This document shows, one piece after another, positions 50,919 to 59,739 of a DNA stretch of 64,000 nucleotides. The position numbers were made by a program, and so were the translations under genes. Under the pieces are notes generated by a model. That model was not told the origin of the DNA. It ran no database searches and saw nothing but the letters and a program-made list of their open reading frames with translations. Positions within the stretch are counted from its first letter, which is position 1; each line of letters begins with the position of its first letter. This stretch comes from an uncultured Acidobacteriota bacterium (GTDB lineage Bacteria > Acidobacteriota > UBA6911), in the NCBI GenBank assembly GCA_963809485.1, contig CAWEJX010000004.1, forward strand, positions 64,001 to 128,000. The letters are read 5' to 3'.

Positions 50919-52841
50919 TCATTCGAGGCATTTTATTGAAACGAGTTCCACCTGATTGGGCGGCCATCCAAGCCAGTCGGATGGCTGGGGCGCAAACTGC
51001 ACCCGGTCCCATATCCTGCCCGGCGGCGGCGACGGACCAAAAATTTCGATGAATTGGCCGGGGCCGGCCAATGAAACGTCTGTTGAGAAAATCCGGGATA
51101 TTTCAATCGGCACAAGCGCTGACCGAAAGACAGCGGCGTTTCCCCTTGAAAACGCCACCTCGAGTCCCGCGGGCCGCCCGAGGATGCGGGCAGCAGGGTA
51201 CCGGATCTTCAAATCAAAACGGACCGTGCTGCATGCAGCCGGTTCGTCCAGAATTGCTTCCACCCCTTTATCTCGTGCATGGTCTGTCCGGAACCTGAGT
51301 TCGCGGATGCGGAGATCCTTCGGGTGCGGTCTTTTCCGGAGAAGATAAAATCCTGCCCCGGATTTCTGGCCGGGAACCAATTCAAAGCTGCGCCAGAGAT
51401 ATTCAAATACGAGGGGTGTTCGGGTGATGGACTGAACCGAATCAATTGGGCTCGACCCGATTGTGTCCACCGCATAAATGACCTCGGCATCCGGCCCGGC
51501 CCGATCCAGCATTTCCACGTAATATCTTTGCAGGGCTTCCGTACCGGCATTTATGGCCAACAACACTGGCGCCACAAGAGGCCGGCCCAGGGCAACGCTG
51601 ATAGAATTCTGATATGGGAAAACCAGGACAGGTCTATTGCGAGCGTTCTCCACTGCCAGGTGAAGCTCAGGCGGGACCGCTTCCTCGATTTTCGAGGAAG
51701 CCGATAAAATCCGCTTCACTTTAGCCGGCAGCGACGCCGTCCCGTCTAAGACACTCCTGAAGTGAAGGAAGGCGCTTGCGCCGGCCCAGGGCCAGGCGAG
51801 CAGCAGAGCGGCGAAAAGAGTCATCCAAAGGGTTTTTATCGCCCGCGGAATGGGCCAGCCAAAACCCAGAACAAGAAAAAGAACAACGGCCGGACTCAGT
51901 CCCTGGGTGATATGTCCAAGATCGCTGCGAATCAGCGCGGATTTGAGTGATGCTGCCGCGCAAATGGCCAGGCTCATCAACAAGGCGTAATCGGAAACGT
52001 TCAATCGGCGCAGCAGATACACCGCAGCCCCGAAGACATAAATGCCGGCAAGAACCAGCGCCAATGTGGGCCAGAGGCCCAAAGCCCAATTGCTTCCCAT
52101 ACCATAGGTATAGCCGCGCATCATCTCGATGGCATAAAAGTGATAGGCGAAAACGGGCCGGGAGGCAAAACCGATGATGAGATTGCCGGCTGTGAAGAGG
52201 CCCAGCGCGATCCAAAGACTTTCGGTCATGGAACGCCTGTCCACTTTGAACAAAAGCAGAAGGAACGAGGCGGCAATGATAAAAACTGCATATGCGCCCA
52301 GTTCGACGGTTATCAGCTGCGCAACGAGGCATAGAAGCCCAGTTACCGAAGCCCAGGCGCGGCGCTGTTTAACGTTCCCGGCGGCGACCGTCCTGACGAC
52401 GGCTGCCGCGCAGAGCATGAGTGTCAAAACGCGAAAACTCGTAGGCTCAGAGAAGAGGTTCAGAAAAGTCGCCACGACATAAATGAAGAGGGTATGGAGC
52501 CAGCTTAACCGGCGGATCCACAGCAGAAATATTGCGAGCAGGACGATACACGCCAGGTGGAAAGAAAGCAGGATCAGGGGCAGGCTGTCATAAGCCGAAT
52601 GGCTTTGGTGCATCCACTGGCCGAACCGCGCCAGCATCTGGGAAACACTGCCATAGGTAAAATAGAAATCCCGACCGCTGATCTTGCCCTGCTCCCACAT
52701 GGCGGCAAGGCTCAGAGCCCACGATCCGTCGGGGCCTACTTCCCAATAAGTTCCTGTTCCGGGAGGAACCCTCATGATGGAGACCACAATCCACATGAGG
52801 CTGAACAGGATCACAATCGAGTACTTGGCGTATGTCTGCAT
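50919..52841 (-). CDS. Large multi-pass membrane protein with soluble C-domain (possibly GT-C glycosyltransferase-like)
   Basis: D.SW...L, G.DF.FTYG, about 11 TM, RSD.GH. Confidence 0.7.
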   Translation of the reverse strand: MQTYAKYSIVILFSLMWIVVSIMRVPPGTGTYWEVGPDGSWALSLAAMWEQGKISGRDFYFTYGSVSQMLARFGQWMHQSHSAYDSLPLILLSFHLACIVLLAIFLLWIRRLSWLHTLFIYVVATFLNLFSEPTSFRVLTLMLCAAAVVRTVAAGNVKQRRAWASVTGLLCLVAQLITVELGAYAVFIIAASFLLLLFKVDRRSMTESLWIALGLFTAGNLIIGFASRPVFAYHFYAIEMMRGYTYGMGSNWALGLWPTLALVLAGIYVFGAAVYLLRRLNVSDYALLMSLAICAAASLKSALIRSDLGHITQGLSPAVVLFLVLGFGWPIPRAIKTLWMTLFAALLLAWPWAGASAFLHFRSVLDGTASLPAKVKRILSASSKIEEAVPPELHLAVENARNRPVLVFPYQNSISVALGRPLVAPVLLAINAGTEALQRYYVEMLDRAGPDAEVIYAVDTIGSSPIDSVQSITRTPLVFEYLWRSFELVPGQKSGAGFYLLRKRPHPKDLRIRELRFRTDHARDKGVEAILDEPAACSTVRFDLKIRYPAARILGRPAGLEVAFSRGNAAVFRSALVPIEISRIFSTDVSLAGPGQFIEIFGPSPPPGRIWDRVQFAPQPSDWLGWPPNQVELVSIKCLE

Positions 52842-53124
52842 GGGCGCATCGACCCGCGACGGAAAATTCCGTGACGCTTTTTATCTCAGTTGGCCAACTT
52901 TTTCAAGGTAACCCTCTTACCCTATGACCCTTTGCCCATCCTGCATCAATAAATGTCAGCGTTCATCGGCGCTTTTGTCAGCGTATATCTGCGTTACCAA
53001 ATCCGGGAACTGTTAAGCTTCATGCCCCCGGATGACCTTCTATCGAGTTTATGTGATCCGAGACCCATTGCAGAGTTGTGATGGAGTATCGATTCTTATA
53101 TCCTTGGATTCGAGGTGAGGATAT

Positions 53125-54138
53125 ATGAAGCGAATCGTGCTCGGAAATACAGGCATTGAAACCGTCAGGCTGGGATTCGGCGGCATCCCGATTCAAAGAG
53201 TCAGCGAAGCCCAGGCCATTGAAGTTATCCTGCACGCTCTGGAGAAGGGCATGGATTTTATCGATACCTCCAGGGTTTATACCAACAGCGAAACCAGGAT
53301 CGGCAAGGCGCTTAAAGAGACGGACAAAAAGGCCGTGATCGCAACAAAATCATTCAGCCGCTCGGCAGATGGGATCCGGAAAGACGTGGAAATCAGCCTC
53401 AAGGAGCTTCAGCTCGACTATATCGACCTGTATCAATGTCACGGCATCAGTGACCAGGAAGATTACGGGCGTATCACGTCACCGGGCGGCGCCCTGGCCG
53501 GGTTGCTCAAAGCCAGGGAACAGGGTCTGATTGGCCATATCGGGATTACGAGTCACAGCCTTGATTTGCTGGAAAGGGTGCTGGATGACGGCTTGTTTGA
53601 AACCATCATGATTTGCTTCAGTTTTCTCGAGCCCGCCGCCAGGGAAAAAGTAATTCCCATAGCCCATGATAAGAAGGTCGGGATCATTGCCATGAAGCCC
53701 TTTTCAGGCGGGGTTATCGAGGCACCCGAGGTAGCCCTGAAGTGGGCTTTGTCCTATCCCGATATCCTGGTGCTCACGGGCGTCGAGGAAAAGGCATACA
53801 TCGATCAAAACTGGAAGGTTTTTCAGGGCAGCTGTGAGATGACGGACGATGAGCGGCGGATTCTGGCGGTGATAAGCAAGGAGTATGACGGGAAATTCTG
53901 CCGACGCTGCGACTATTGCCTGCCCTGCCCTGAAGGGATCCCCATTCAGTTTGTTCTCGGCGTACGTTCCATGTTGAGGAGGATGGGTCCCGCCATAAAG
54001 CAAACGCCCATGTGGGGTAGCATGCGTGAAAAAGCCGCCGGCTGCACGGAATGCGGTGATTGTATGGGGAGATGCCCCTATAACCTTCCCATACCCGATT
54101 TGATCAAAGCCAATCTCGACTGGATCAATTCCGTCTAG
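53125..54138 (+). CDS. Aldo/keto reductase with C-terminal 4Fe-4S dicluster
   Basis: GFGGIP, FIDTS..Y, IDLYQ.H, AMKPF.GG, CRRCDYC.PCP, CTECGDC..RCP. Confidence 0.93.
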   Translation: MKRIVLGNTGIETVRLGFGGIPIQRVSEAQAIEVILHALEKGMDFIDTSRVYTNSETRIGKALKETDKKAVIATKSFSRSADGIRKDVEISLKELQLDYIDLYQCHGISDQEDYGRITSPGGALAGLLKAREQGLIGHIGITSHSLDLLERVLDDGLFETIMICFSFLEPAAREKVIPIAHDKKVGIIAMKPFSGGVIEAPEVALKWALSYPDILVLTGVEEKAYIDQNWKVFQGSCEMTDDERRILAVISKEYDGKFCRRCDYCLPCPEGIPIQFVLGVRSMLRRMGPAIKQTPMWGSMREKAAGCTECGDCMGRCPYNLPIPDLIKANLDWINSV

Positions 54139-54323
54139 CCCCATGTCTGCCCGGTATTTCGGGGCACGGCGTAACGGGCATGGATGCAACCGGCTATAGC
54201 CCGCAGGCTCCAGGCAAAAGAGAGTTGGCTGCGGCCAAAAGCAGGAGTTGGCAATCGTGCCAACGGGGCGCAGGCGGCATGCTTGCAACGATTCCGTGAA
54301 TAAACGGCATTCAAGGAGGACGT

Positions 54324-55187
54324 ATGATGCGGGCAATCACACTGTTTGCGCTGCTTGGCTGCACCTTGTCTTTGCGGGCGGAGACCGTCCCGATTAGCGC
54401 CGAGAAAGCCGCATGCACACGAGCGGGGCTCCAGCAGACCGTAAACCTATATCTGGATGCCCTGAAAAAAGGCAATCCCTCGCTTATGCCGCTTGCCGAG
54501 GGGGCGAGATACATCGAAAACAGGAAAGTGGTTCCGTTCGGCCAGGGCATCTGGCAAAGCCCCCTGGAGATTGATTTTCACCGCAGCCTGCTCGATGTCG
54601 AAACGTGCGAGACATTCACGGAGATAATCCACGCGAGCGGCAGTCACCCTTACGTTCTCGGTACACGCCTGAAAATACTAGACGACAAGATCGCTGAGGT
54701 TGAAGCCCTCGTCACCGACCAGGACGACTGGCTTTTCAACGCTTCAAACTACCTGAAATACTCCTCTCAGGAGAAGTGGGACATACTCCCCCCGGCACGG
54801 CGCAGCGATCGGGAGACTTTGCTTAAGGCGGCCAACGCCTATTTCGACGTGTTTTCGAATCCGGCATCCTCCTCCAATGTGCCGTGGGGCATCCCATGCG
54901 CCCGCCTTGAAGGAGGCGCATACACCAATCCCAAAGGCGAGCCCGATGCTTCCTGTACGGGCGGCCCGCCGCTGGAAGGCAGCGTCAAAATCGTCAACCG
55001 GCGCTTTATGGTCGACCTGGATATGGGAACCGTCGTCGGCCTGGTGGACTTTGGAGAAGAGAACGGCTGGCCCGATTCCCACATATTCCGCCTGGAAGAC
55101 GGGAAAATCCGATACGTTCACACACTGACCGTATGCCCCAATGGCTGCGCACTTCCTTCACCGAAGGAGTCAGCGAAACCTCAATAG
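54324..55187 (+). CDS. Secreted hypothetical protein, tandem NTF2-like domains
   Basis: Signal peptide; CTR..L, YIEN, GIW, C.RLEGG; homologous to 9643-10662. Confidence 0.78.
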   Translation: MMRAITLFALLGCTLSLRAETVPISAEKAACTRAGLQQTVNLYLDALKKGNPSLMPLAEGARYIENRKVVPFGQGIWQSPLEIDFHRSLLDVETCETFTEIIHASGSHPYVLGTRLKILDDKIAEVEALVTDQDDWLFNASNYLKYSSQEKWDILPPARRSDRETLLKAANAYFDVFSNPASSSNVPWGIPCARLEGGAYTNPKGEPDASCTGGPPLEGSVKIVNRRFMVDLDMGTVVGLVDFGEENGWPDSHIFRLEDGKIRYVHTLTVCPNGCALPSPKESAKPQ

Positions 55188-55235
55188 CCTTTTGCTGCTG
55201 CGCTCGACGTCGGGTTGTGTGTTTTTGCTGGAATA

Positions 55236-56057
55236 TCAGAACAGGATCATGCCCGCCAGAAAAACGGCAATGGCCACAGCGACTCCGAGAACTGCGTCCG
55301 CCGCATAGTGATAACGACCCAGCACCACTCCGATCGCAATGCTGACCGATATCCACATAAAGACCGCTCCAACCGGCGGTAAGAGGTAAAGCAGCACGAG
55401 CGAGACGGAAAATGCCGTTGCCACATGCGCGCTGGGGAAGGTGTTAACATGGATGCTTCCGTGGCGGAGTATCCAGAGATTAAGCTGGCGTATTCTTGTT
55501 GGCGGCAGGATCGATGGTTCGCCGTTGGTCAATATCCGTGGCGGTATAGTCCGGGCAAATGGCAAGGCCGCATTGCACAGATATGCCGCCGGCAGCACGA
55601 TGGCCCAAAACTCATCCGCGTGGCGTGCCATATGCGCGATATAGAGCACGCCCAAACCAAAAGGCAGAAGGGGATAGCAGAGCAGATAGGTCAGCTCAAA
55701 ATAGGCTGCCATCCATGAAGAAGCGCGTGCGCCCGGACGATATTTCCCGAACCACCCAAGAATTCTATGATCGAGCCGGATGAGACGGTTCTGGAGTACC
55801 CCGCTTGGAGTGGTGAAAAACAGACCTGACGCCCAATAGGCCACAAGGAAAAGGGGGGCAGGCAGCCAATCGCGGATCACGGAAGCCGGCAGGGGATGAA
55901 CAAGCCGGTCCAGGAACTGAACGCTCGAAAAAAGTGCAATCACTCCCAGCCCGAGGGCCGTAATTTTGGCCCGCCGATCGGGACGCAAGGGGCGCAGCCA
56001 GGCCAGCGCAATCAGAAACGCAAAAAAAAGGACATTGATCCATTCAGCTGCACGCAT
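55236..56057 (-). CDS. PAP2 family membrane phosphatase
   Basis: PPR, NTFPSAHVA, RYHY..D. Confidence 0.88.
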   Translation of the reverse strand: MRAAEWINVLFFAFLIALAWLRPLRPDRRAKITALGLGVIALFSSVQFLDRLVHPLPASVIRDWLPAPLFLVAYWASGLFFTTPSGVLQNRLIRLDHRILGWFGKYRPGARASSWMAAYFELTYLLCYPLLPFGLGVLYIAHMARHADEFWAIVLPAAYLCNAALPFARTIPPRILTNGEPSILPPTRIRQLNLWILRHGSIHVNTFPSAHVATAFSVSLVLLYLLPPVGAVFMWISVSIAIGVVLGRYHYAADAVLGVAVAIAVFLAGMILF

Positions 56058-56159
56058 GGCTCAATCCATACGCCGCCATGGGAAATGAATGCGGGCCGGG
56101 CAAAGTGTTTGACCGCATGGTATGTCTTCATGCGCCGCATCGGCGCAAAATGCCCTTGG

Positions 56160-57215
56160 CTATTTTTCGGGCGGATTCAGAGTGTATTTGCGCGTCATTC
56201 CCAGCGTAAACAGGATATACGGCCGGTCGATGCGATTGAATTGTATAGGACAATGCTTGAGGTTCGGCGGTACCCATATCAGGCTGCTTTGGGTGATAAG
56301 ATACTTCTCGCCGTTGAGCCAGAATTCGAGCTCTCCGCCCAGGTCGCCCGTGTTTCCCTTCCCCCCGGTACCGATAAATCCGAAAACTTCACCCCACGCG
56401 TGGCTGTGCTCCGGGTGGTTGGGGCCCTTTTCGGATCCTTTCCACATATATACAAAATCTATATACGGCGCCCCCTCGATGGAATCGAGGTCCAGAAGGC
56501 GGTCTCCTTCAGTGGTGGAGCTGTTCTTCTTTCCCATTTCAGCCCACTTCTTCAAGGTCTCAGGTGAGACTTTGTCGGGGTTGACTCCGTAAGAAATATA
56601 TTTGGCAAAGTTCCTTTCCTCGGCTTTGTCGGGTTTGAATTCGGTTGCGGTCCTGGAGTACTGGGTTGCCATTCCGCCGGTAAAGAAGAGAACGGGCGAG
56701 TCTATCCGGGTGAATCGGATCGGGCAGTGCCTCACTCCCTTCGGAACATAGATGAGGCAGCACTTGTTTATCATGTATTTCTCTCCGCCGAGCCACACCT
56801 CGATTTCCGAGCCCAGGTTCCGGAAATCCTTTTGCCCTTTGACCCCTATGAATCCAATGAATTCGTCGAAGTCATGGATATGCTCCTGTTCAGCGTAACC
56901 CTTGGCGGCACCCTCCCAAAGCCAATGGAAATCAAGATACGGAGCCCCTTCGGTCCGTGTCGTGTCCAGATTCAGAATCTGAGTCGATGGAACCATCGAC
57001 TGCTGAACCTTTTGTTCCTTGCGGATTTTCTCCAGCATCTCCGGAGAAATATCCAGAGGCTTGACGTCGGTGAAAATATACTTGGCATATTTCCTCTCCG
57101 CGCTTCGGTCCTGCGCAACCGCATTGTCTGACGGCCAAAGAACCAGGGCTGCGGAAACGGAGGTCAGGAGAATAAGCAAAACGGCCAATCCGATATATCG
57201 ATATGCTCTGCGCAT
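56160..57215 (-). CDS. Exported or anchored protein with two cupin-like domains
   Basis: N-terminal TM; repeated ER.YAKYI...EH.H...E..GFIG...LG.E.E.WL.GEKY.I...P....HCPI.F.RID. Confidence 0.82.
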   Translation of the reverse strand: MRRAYRYIGLAVLLILLTSVSAALVLWPSDNAVAQDRSAERKYAKYIFTDVKPLDISPEMLEKIRKEQKVQQSMVPSTQILNLDTTRTEGAPYLDFHWLWEGAAKGYAEQEHIHDFDEFIGFIGVKGQKDFRNLGSEIEVWLGGEKYMINKCCLIYVPKGVRHCPIRFTRIDSPVLFFTGGMATQYSRTATEFKPDKAEERNFAKYISYGVNPDKVSPETLKKWAEMGKKNSSTTEGDRLLDLDSIEGAPYIDFVYMWKGSEKGPNHPEHSHAWGEVFGFIGTGGKGNTGDLGGELEFWLNGEKYLITQSSLIWVPPNLKHCPIQFNRIDRPYILFTLGMTRKYTLNPPEK

Positions 57216-57618
57216 GGGGGATCCCTCCTCAAGAAAAATTAGCCTGTTTCTGGAGCCGTCCTGTGACGCATGGACCTTTCCGAGCAAGCATAATAAAAGG
57301 ACACTAAACCGATGTCCGTGCATCAATAGGCAATCGGACAGAAACAACAATGCTCTTTGAGGCATTTTTATCACGAATGCGCATCCTGCCGCAACACGGG
57401 AGACAGATAACCGGATTTGCAGGTCTACACCCGAAGCTGCTAGCCGATTTCCATGCGTCAGGCCCAGCGGGTTCTCGAGACTCCACGGTCCGGGGAAACA
57501 TAGTCAAAAAAATCGGCAGCGTCGTGAGATAATGCGCAGATACCGCTTGCTGTCCGCATCAAGGAGGCAAGAAGTGAAAAACGCCAGGAATCCCGGCTCA
57601 AGCTTGGAGGGTAATTCA

Positions 57619-59379
57619 ATGAAAGAGAAAGTTGCGTTCACATGCCTGAATCCTCAGGGTGCAGTCGATATCGCCGCTCCTGCGGGTCTGACCGCTCCCC
57701 GCGTCAAAGACCTGGCCGGCAAGAGAGTCGGCATTTTCTGGGATGGCAAAAAGGGCGGCGACAACTTCTGCATCGCGCTGGAAGAGGCTCTGAAAAGGAA
57801 ATATCCCACAGCCCGGTTCATCCGCCTCGTATGGGGAGACGTCGAGGCGGCGGAGAAAAGCAAAAACGAAGTGGACACATTTGTCTTTGGTGTCGGCGAT
57901 GCGGGAATGGGGGGATGGGGCCAGTGCCGGAATGTAATGGACCTGGAAAAACTCGGCAAACCCGGAATTTTTGTAGTGGGAGAGAATGCCATTCACACGG
58001 CAAGAATGTCGGCGCGCGACTCGGGAATGCCCGGATTGCGGATCGTGAGCCTGCCTTCCATAGATTATTACCCCAACCGCTCGACGGCAGACGGACTGAG
58101 ACCTGTGGTAGAGGCACGCATAAGCCTCATTATCGACGCCTTAACCAAACCCCTGACGCCCGAGGAGAAGAATCCATCTTTGATGCCGCAAAGAGAGTTT
58201 CCGGCAAAAGTCAGGATTTCCGCCGAGAGCTATGAATTCGCACTGGATGAGTTCAACCGGGTATACCTCGAAAACCATTGGGGGGACGGCTTACCCCTTA
58301 TTCCTCCCACAAAAAAAGCCGTCAAGCGGATGCTTTCGGGGACCAAACGTTCCCCGGACGAGATTCTGGGCAAGATCCCCTTCCGCAACGGAATTGCCAC
58401 GATCGGGAAGGTGGCTGTGAACGCAGTGATGGCGGGCGCCAGGCCGGAGTACCTGCCCGTGATCATCGCCGCTATCGAATGCCTTGCCGAGGAGGGCTCC
58501 TTTTCTCACATGATGAGTTCGGAGGGCTCGTTCACCCTGATGATCATGGTCAGCGGGCCTATCTGCAGCGAGATCAACATGAATTCCGGCGTGGGACTGT
58601 TGGGCCATGGATGGCAGGCCAACAATACCATCGGTCGTGCCGTAAGATTGTGCATGACGAACCTGGGATATCTATGGCCCGGAGAAATCGATATGGCCCT
58701 GATCGGCCGCCCTTCCTCGCACACTTTCTATACCTTCGCCGAAAACATGGAGCAGAGCCCCTGGGAATCATTCAACGCGGGCCTGGGTTACGGGCCTGAG
58801 GACAGCTGCGTAACGCTTTCCACGGTTGGCGGCGCCGGTGGATTGGGCATGAAGATATACGGCGGAGGCGTGGTGGAACCCTGGGATGCTGCGGAGGTCC
58901 TTCAAAGCATGGCTGAGGAAGTGGCCGGCGATAGGGCGATATTTGCGGCTTACAAACTGGGAGTCGCCAATTATTTCGCTCATTTCCGCAAGCACATCAT
59001 GATCATTCATCCCGAACTGGCGATCATGCTGCAGCGTCTCGGATACAAAACCAAACGCAGTTTGCGCGACTACTTTTACGAGAGCTCAAGAGTGCCGTTT
59101 GAAGAACTCACCCTGGATGAGGTCAAGGGCTTAAGAGACAGGATGAACACAAAGCCGGGCGGAGTGTTCTTTGCGAACGATTCGATTGCCGCAAGCCAGC
59201 TTCCGCTTTTTAAGGCAGCTCTCAAACCGGGCGGCAAAGTCCCGGTAGTGAACCCCGACGACATCCACCTGATTGTCTCCGGCAGCATACCGGGATATTC
59301 GTTCGGCATGTCGTATATGCGTTCGGCGCACAAAACAAAACGCATCCAGGGGGCCAAGTTAACACGGTCCGGCCGCTGA
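57619..59379 (+). CDS. UGSC-type family paralog without Sec or Cys (A-G-M-G), no signal peptide
   Basis: Full-length homology to 18144-19769 (PRV.DLAGKR, DGLP.IPPT, NAVMAGA.PEY, DMAL.GRPS.HT, IQGA.LT..GR). Confidence 0.88.
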   Translation: MKEKVAFTCLNPQGAVDIAAPAGLTAPRVKDLAGKRVGIFWDGKKGGDNFCIALEEALKRKYPTARFIRLVWGDVEAAEKSKNEVDTFVFGVGDAGMGGWGQCRNVMDLEKLGKPGIFVVGENAIHTARMSARDSGMPGLRIVSLPSIDYYPNRSTADGLRPVVEARISLIIDALTKPLTPEEKNPSLMPQREFPAKVRISAESYEFALDEFNRVYLENHWGDGLPLIPPTKKAVKRMLSGTKRSPDEILGKIPFRNGIATIGKVAVNAVMAGARPEYLPVIIAAIECLAEEGSFSHMMSSEGSFTLMIMVSGPICSEINMNSGVGLLGHGWQANNTIGRAVRLCMTNLGYLWPGEIDMALIGRPSSHTFYTFAENMEQSPWESFNAGLGYGPEDSCVTLSTVGGAGGLGMKIYGGGVVEPWDAAEVLQSMAEEVAGDRAIFAAYKLGVANYFAHFRKHIMIIHPELAIMLQRLGYKTKRSLRDYFYESSRVPFEELTLDEVKGLRDRMNTKPGGVFFANDSIAASQLPLFKAALKPGGKVPVVNPDDIHLIVSGSIPGYSFGMSYMRSAHKTKRIQGAKLTRSGR

Positions 59380-59617
59380 CCGGAATTCCCTGTGGACTGT
59401 CGATGGGATGGGGGAAAACAGGTTTCCGCAACTGCTTCGAAATCCGAAACTGGACGGCTGGCTGCGGATCGGTGGGCGCCGGCGCCTTGTCCGCAGGCTT
59501 TAGCAGCATAATCGGGGTCGCATTCGTTTTCGGTATCGCTGCTGCTTCTCGTTTCCCGTTTTCGACCGCGACCCCAACTCCGAACGATTTGGGCGCTGGC
59601 AGCGCCCAAAATTCCAA

Positions 59618-59722
59618 GTCAGGCACCTCCGGCCTTGCCGGAGGCTTGAAAGATTTGAACCGCTCAAAGCGGTTGGACTAGTTACCCCGGTCTTGAACGC
59701 TGACTTACGCGGGCAAAAGCCG
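59618..59722 (-). mobile_element. IS200/IS605-type element, truncated (one end only)
   Basis: GTCAGGCACCTCCGGCCTTGCCGGAGGCTTGAAAG...AACCGCTCAAAGCGGTT...GGGCAAAAGCCG. Confidence 0.8.
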
Positions 59723-59739
59723 GAGGATTTTTGAGCAAA

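Noticed and set aside
54272-54287. Possible sigma-54 promoter AGGCGGCATGCTTGCA
   Set aside because: GG-N10-GC spacing fits, but the -24 element departs from TGGCAC; too weak to call.
13452-59722. Integron cassette array (palindromes as attC sites)
   Set aside because: Intervening genes are on both strands, there are no consistent RYYYAAC/GTTRRRY cores and no integrase; the ends fit IS200/IS605 hairpins better.
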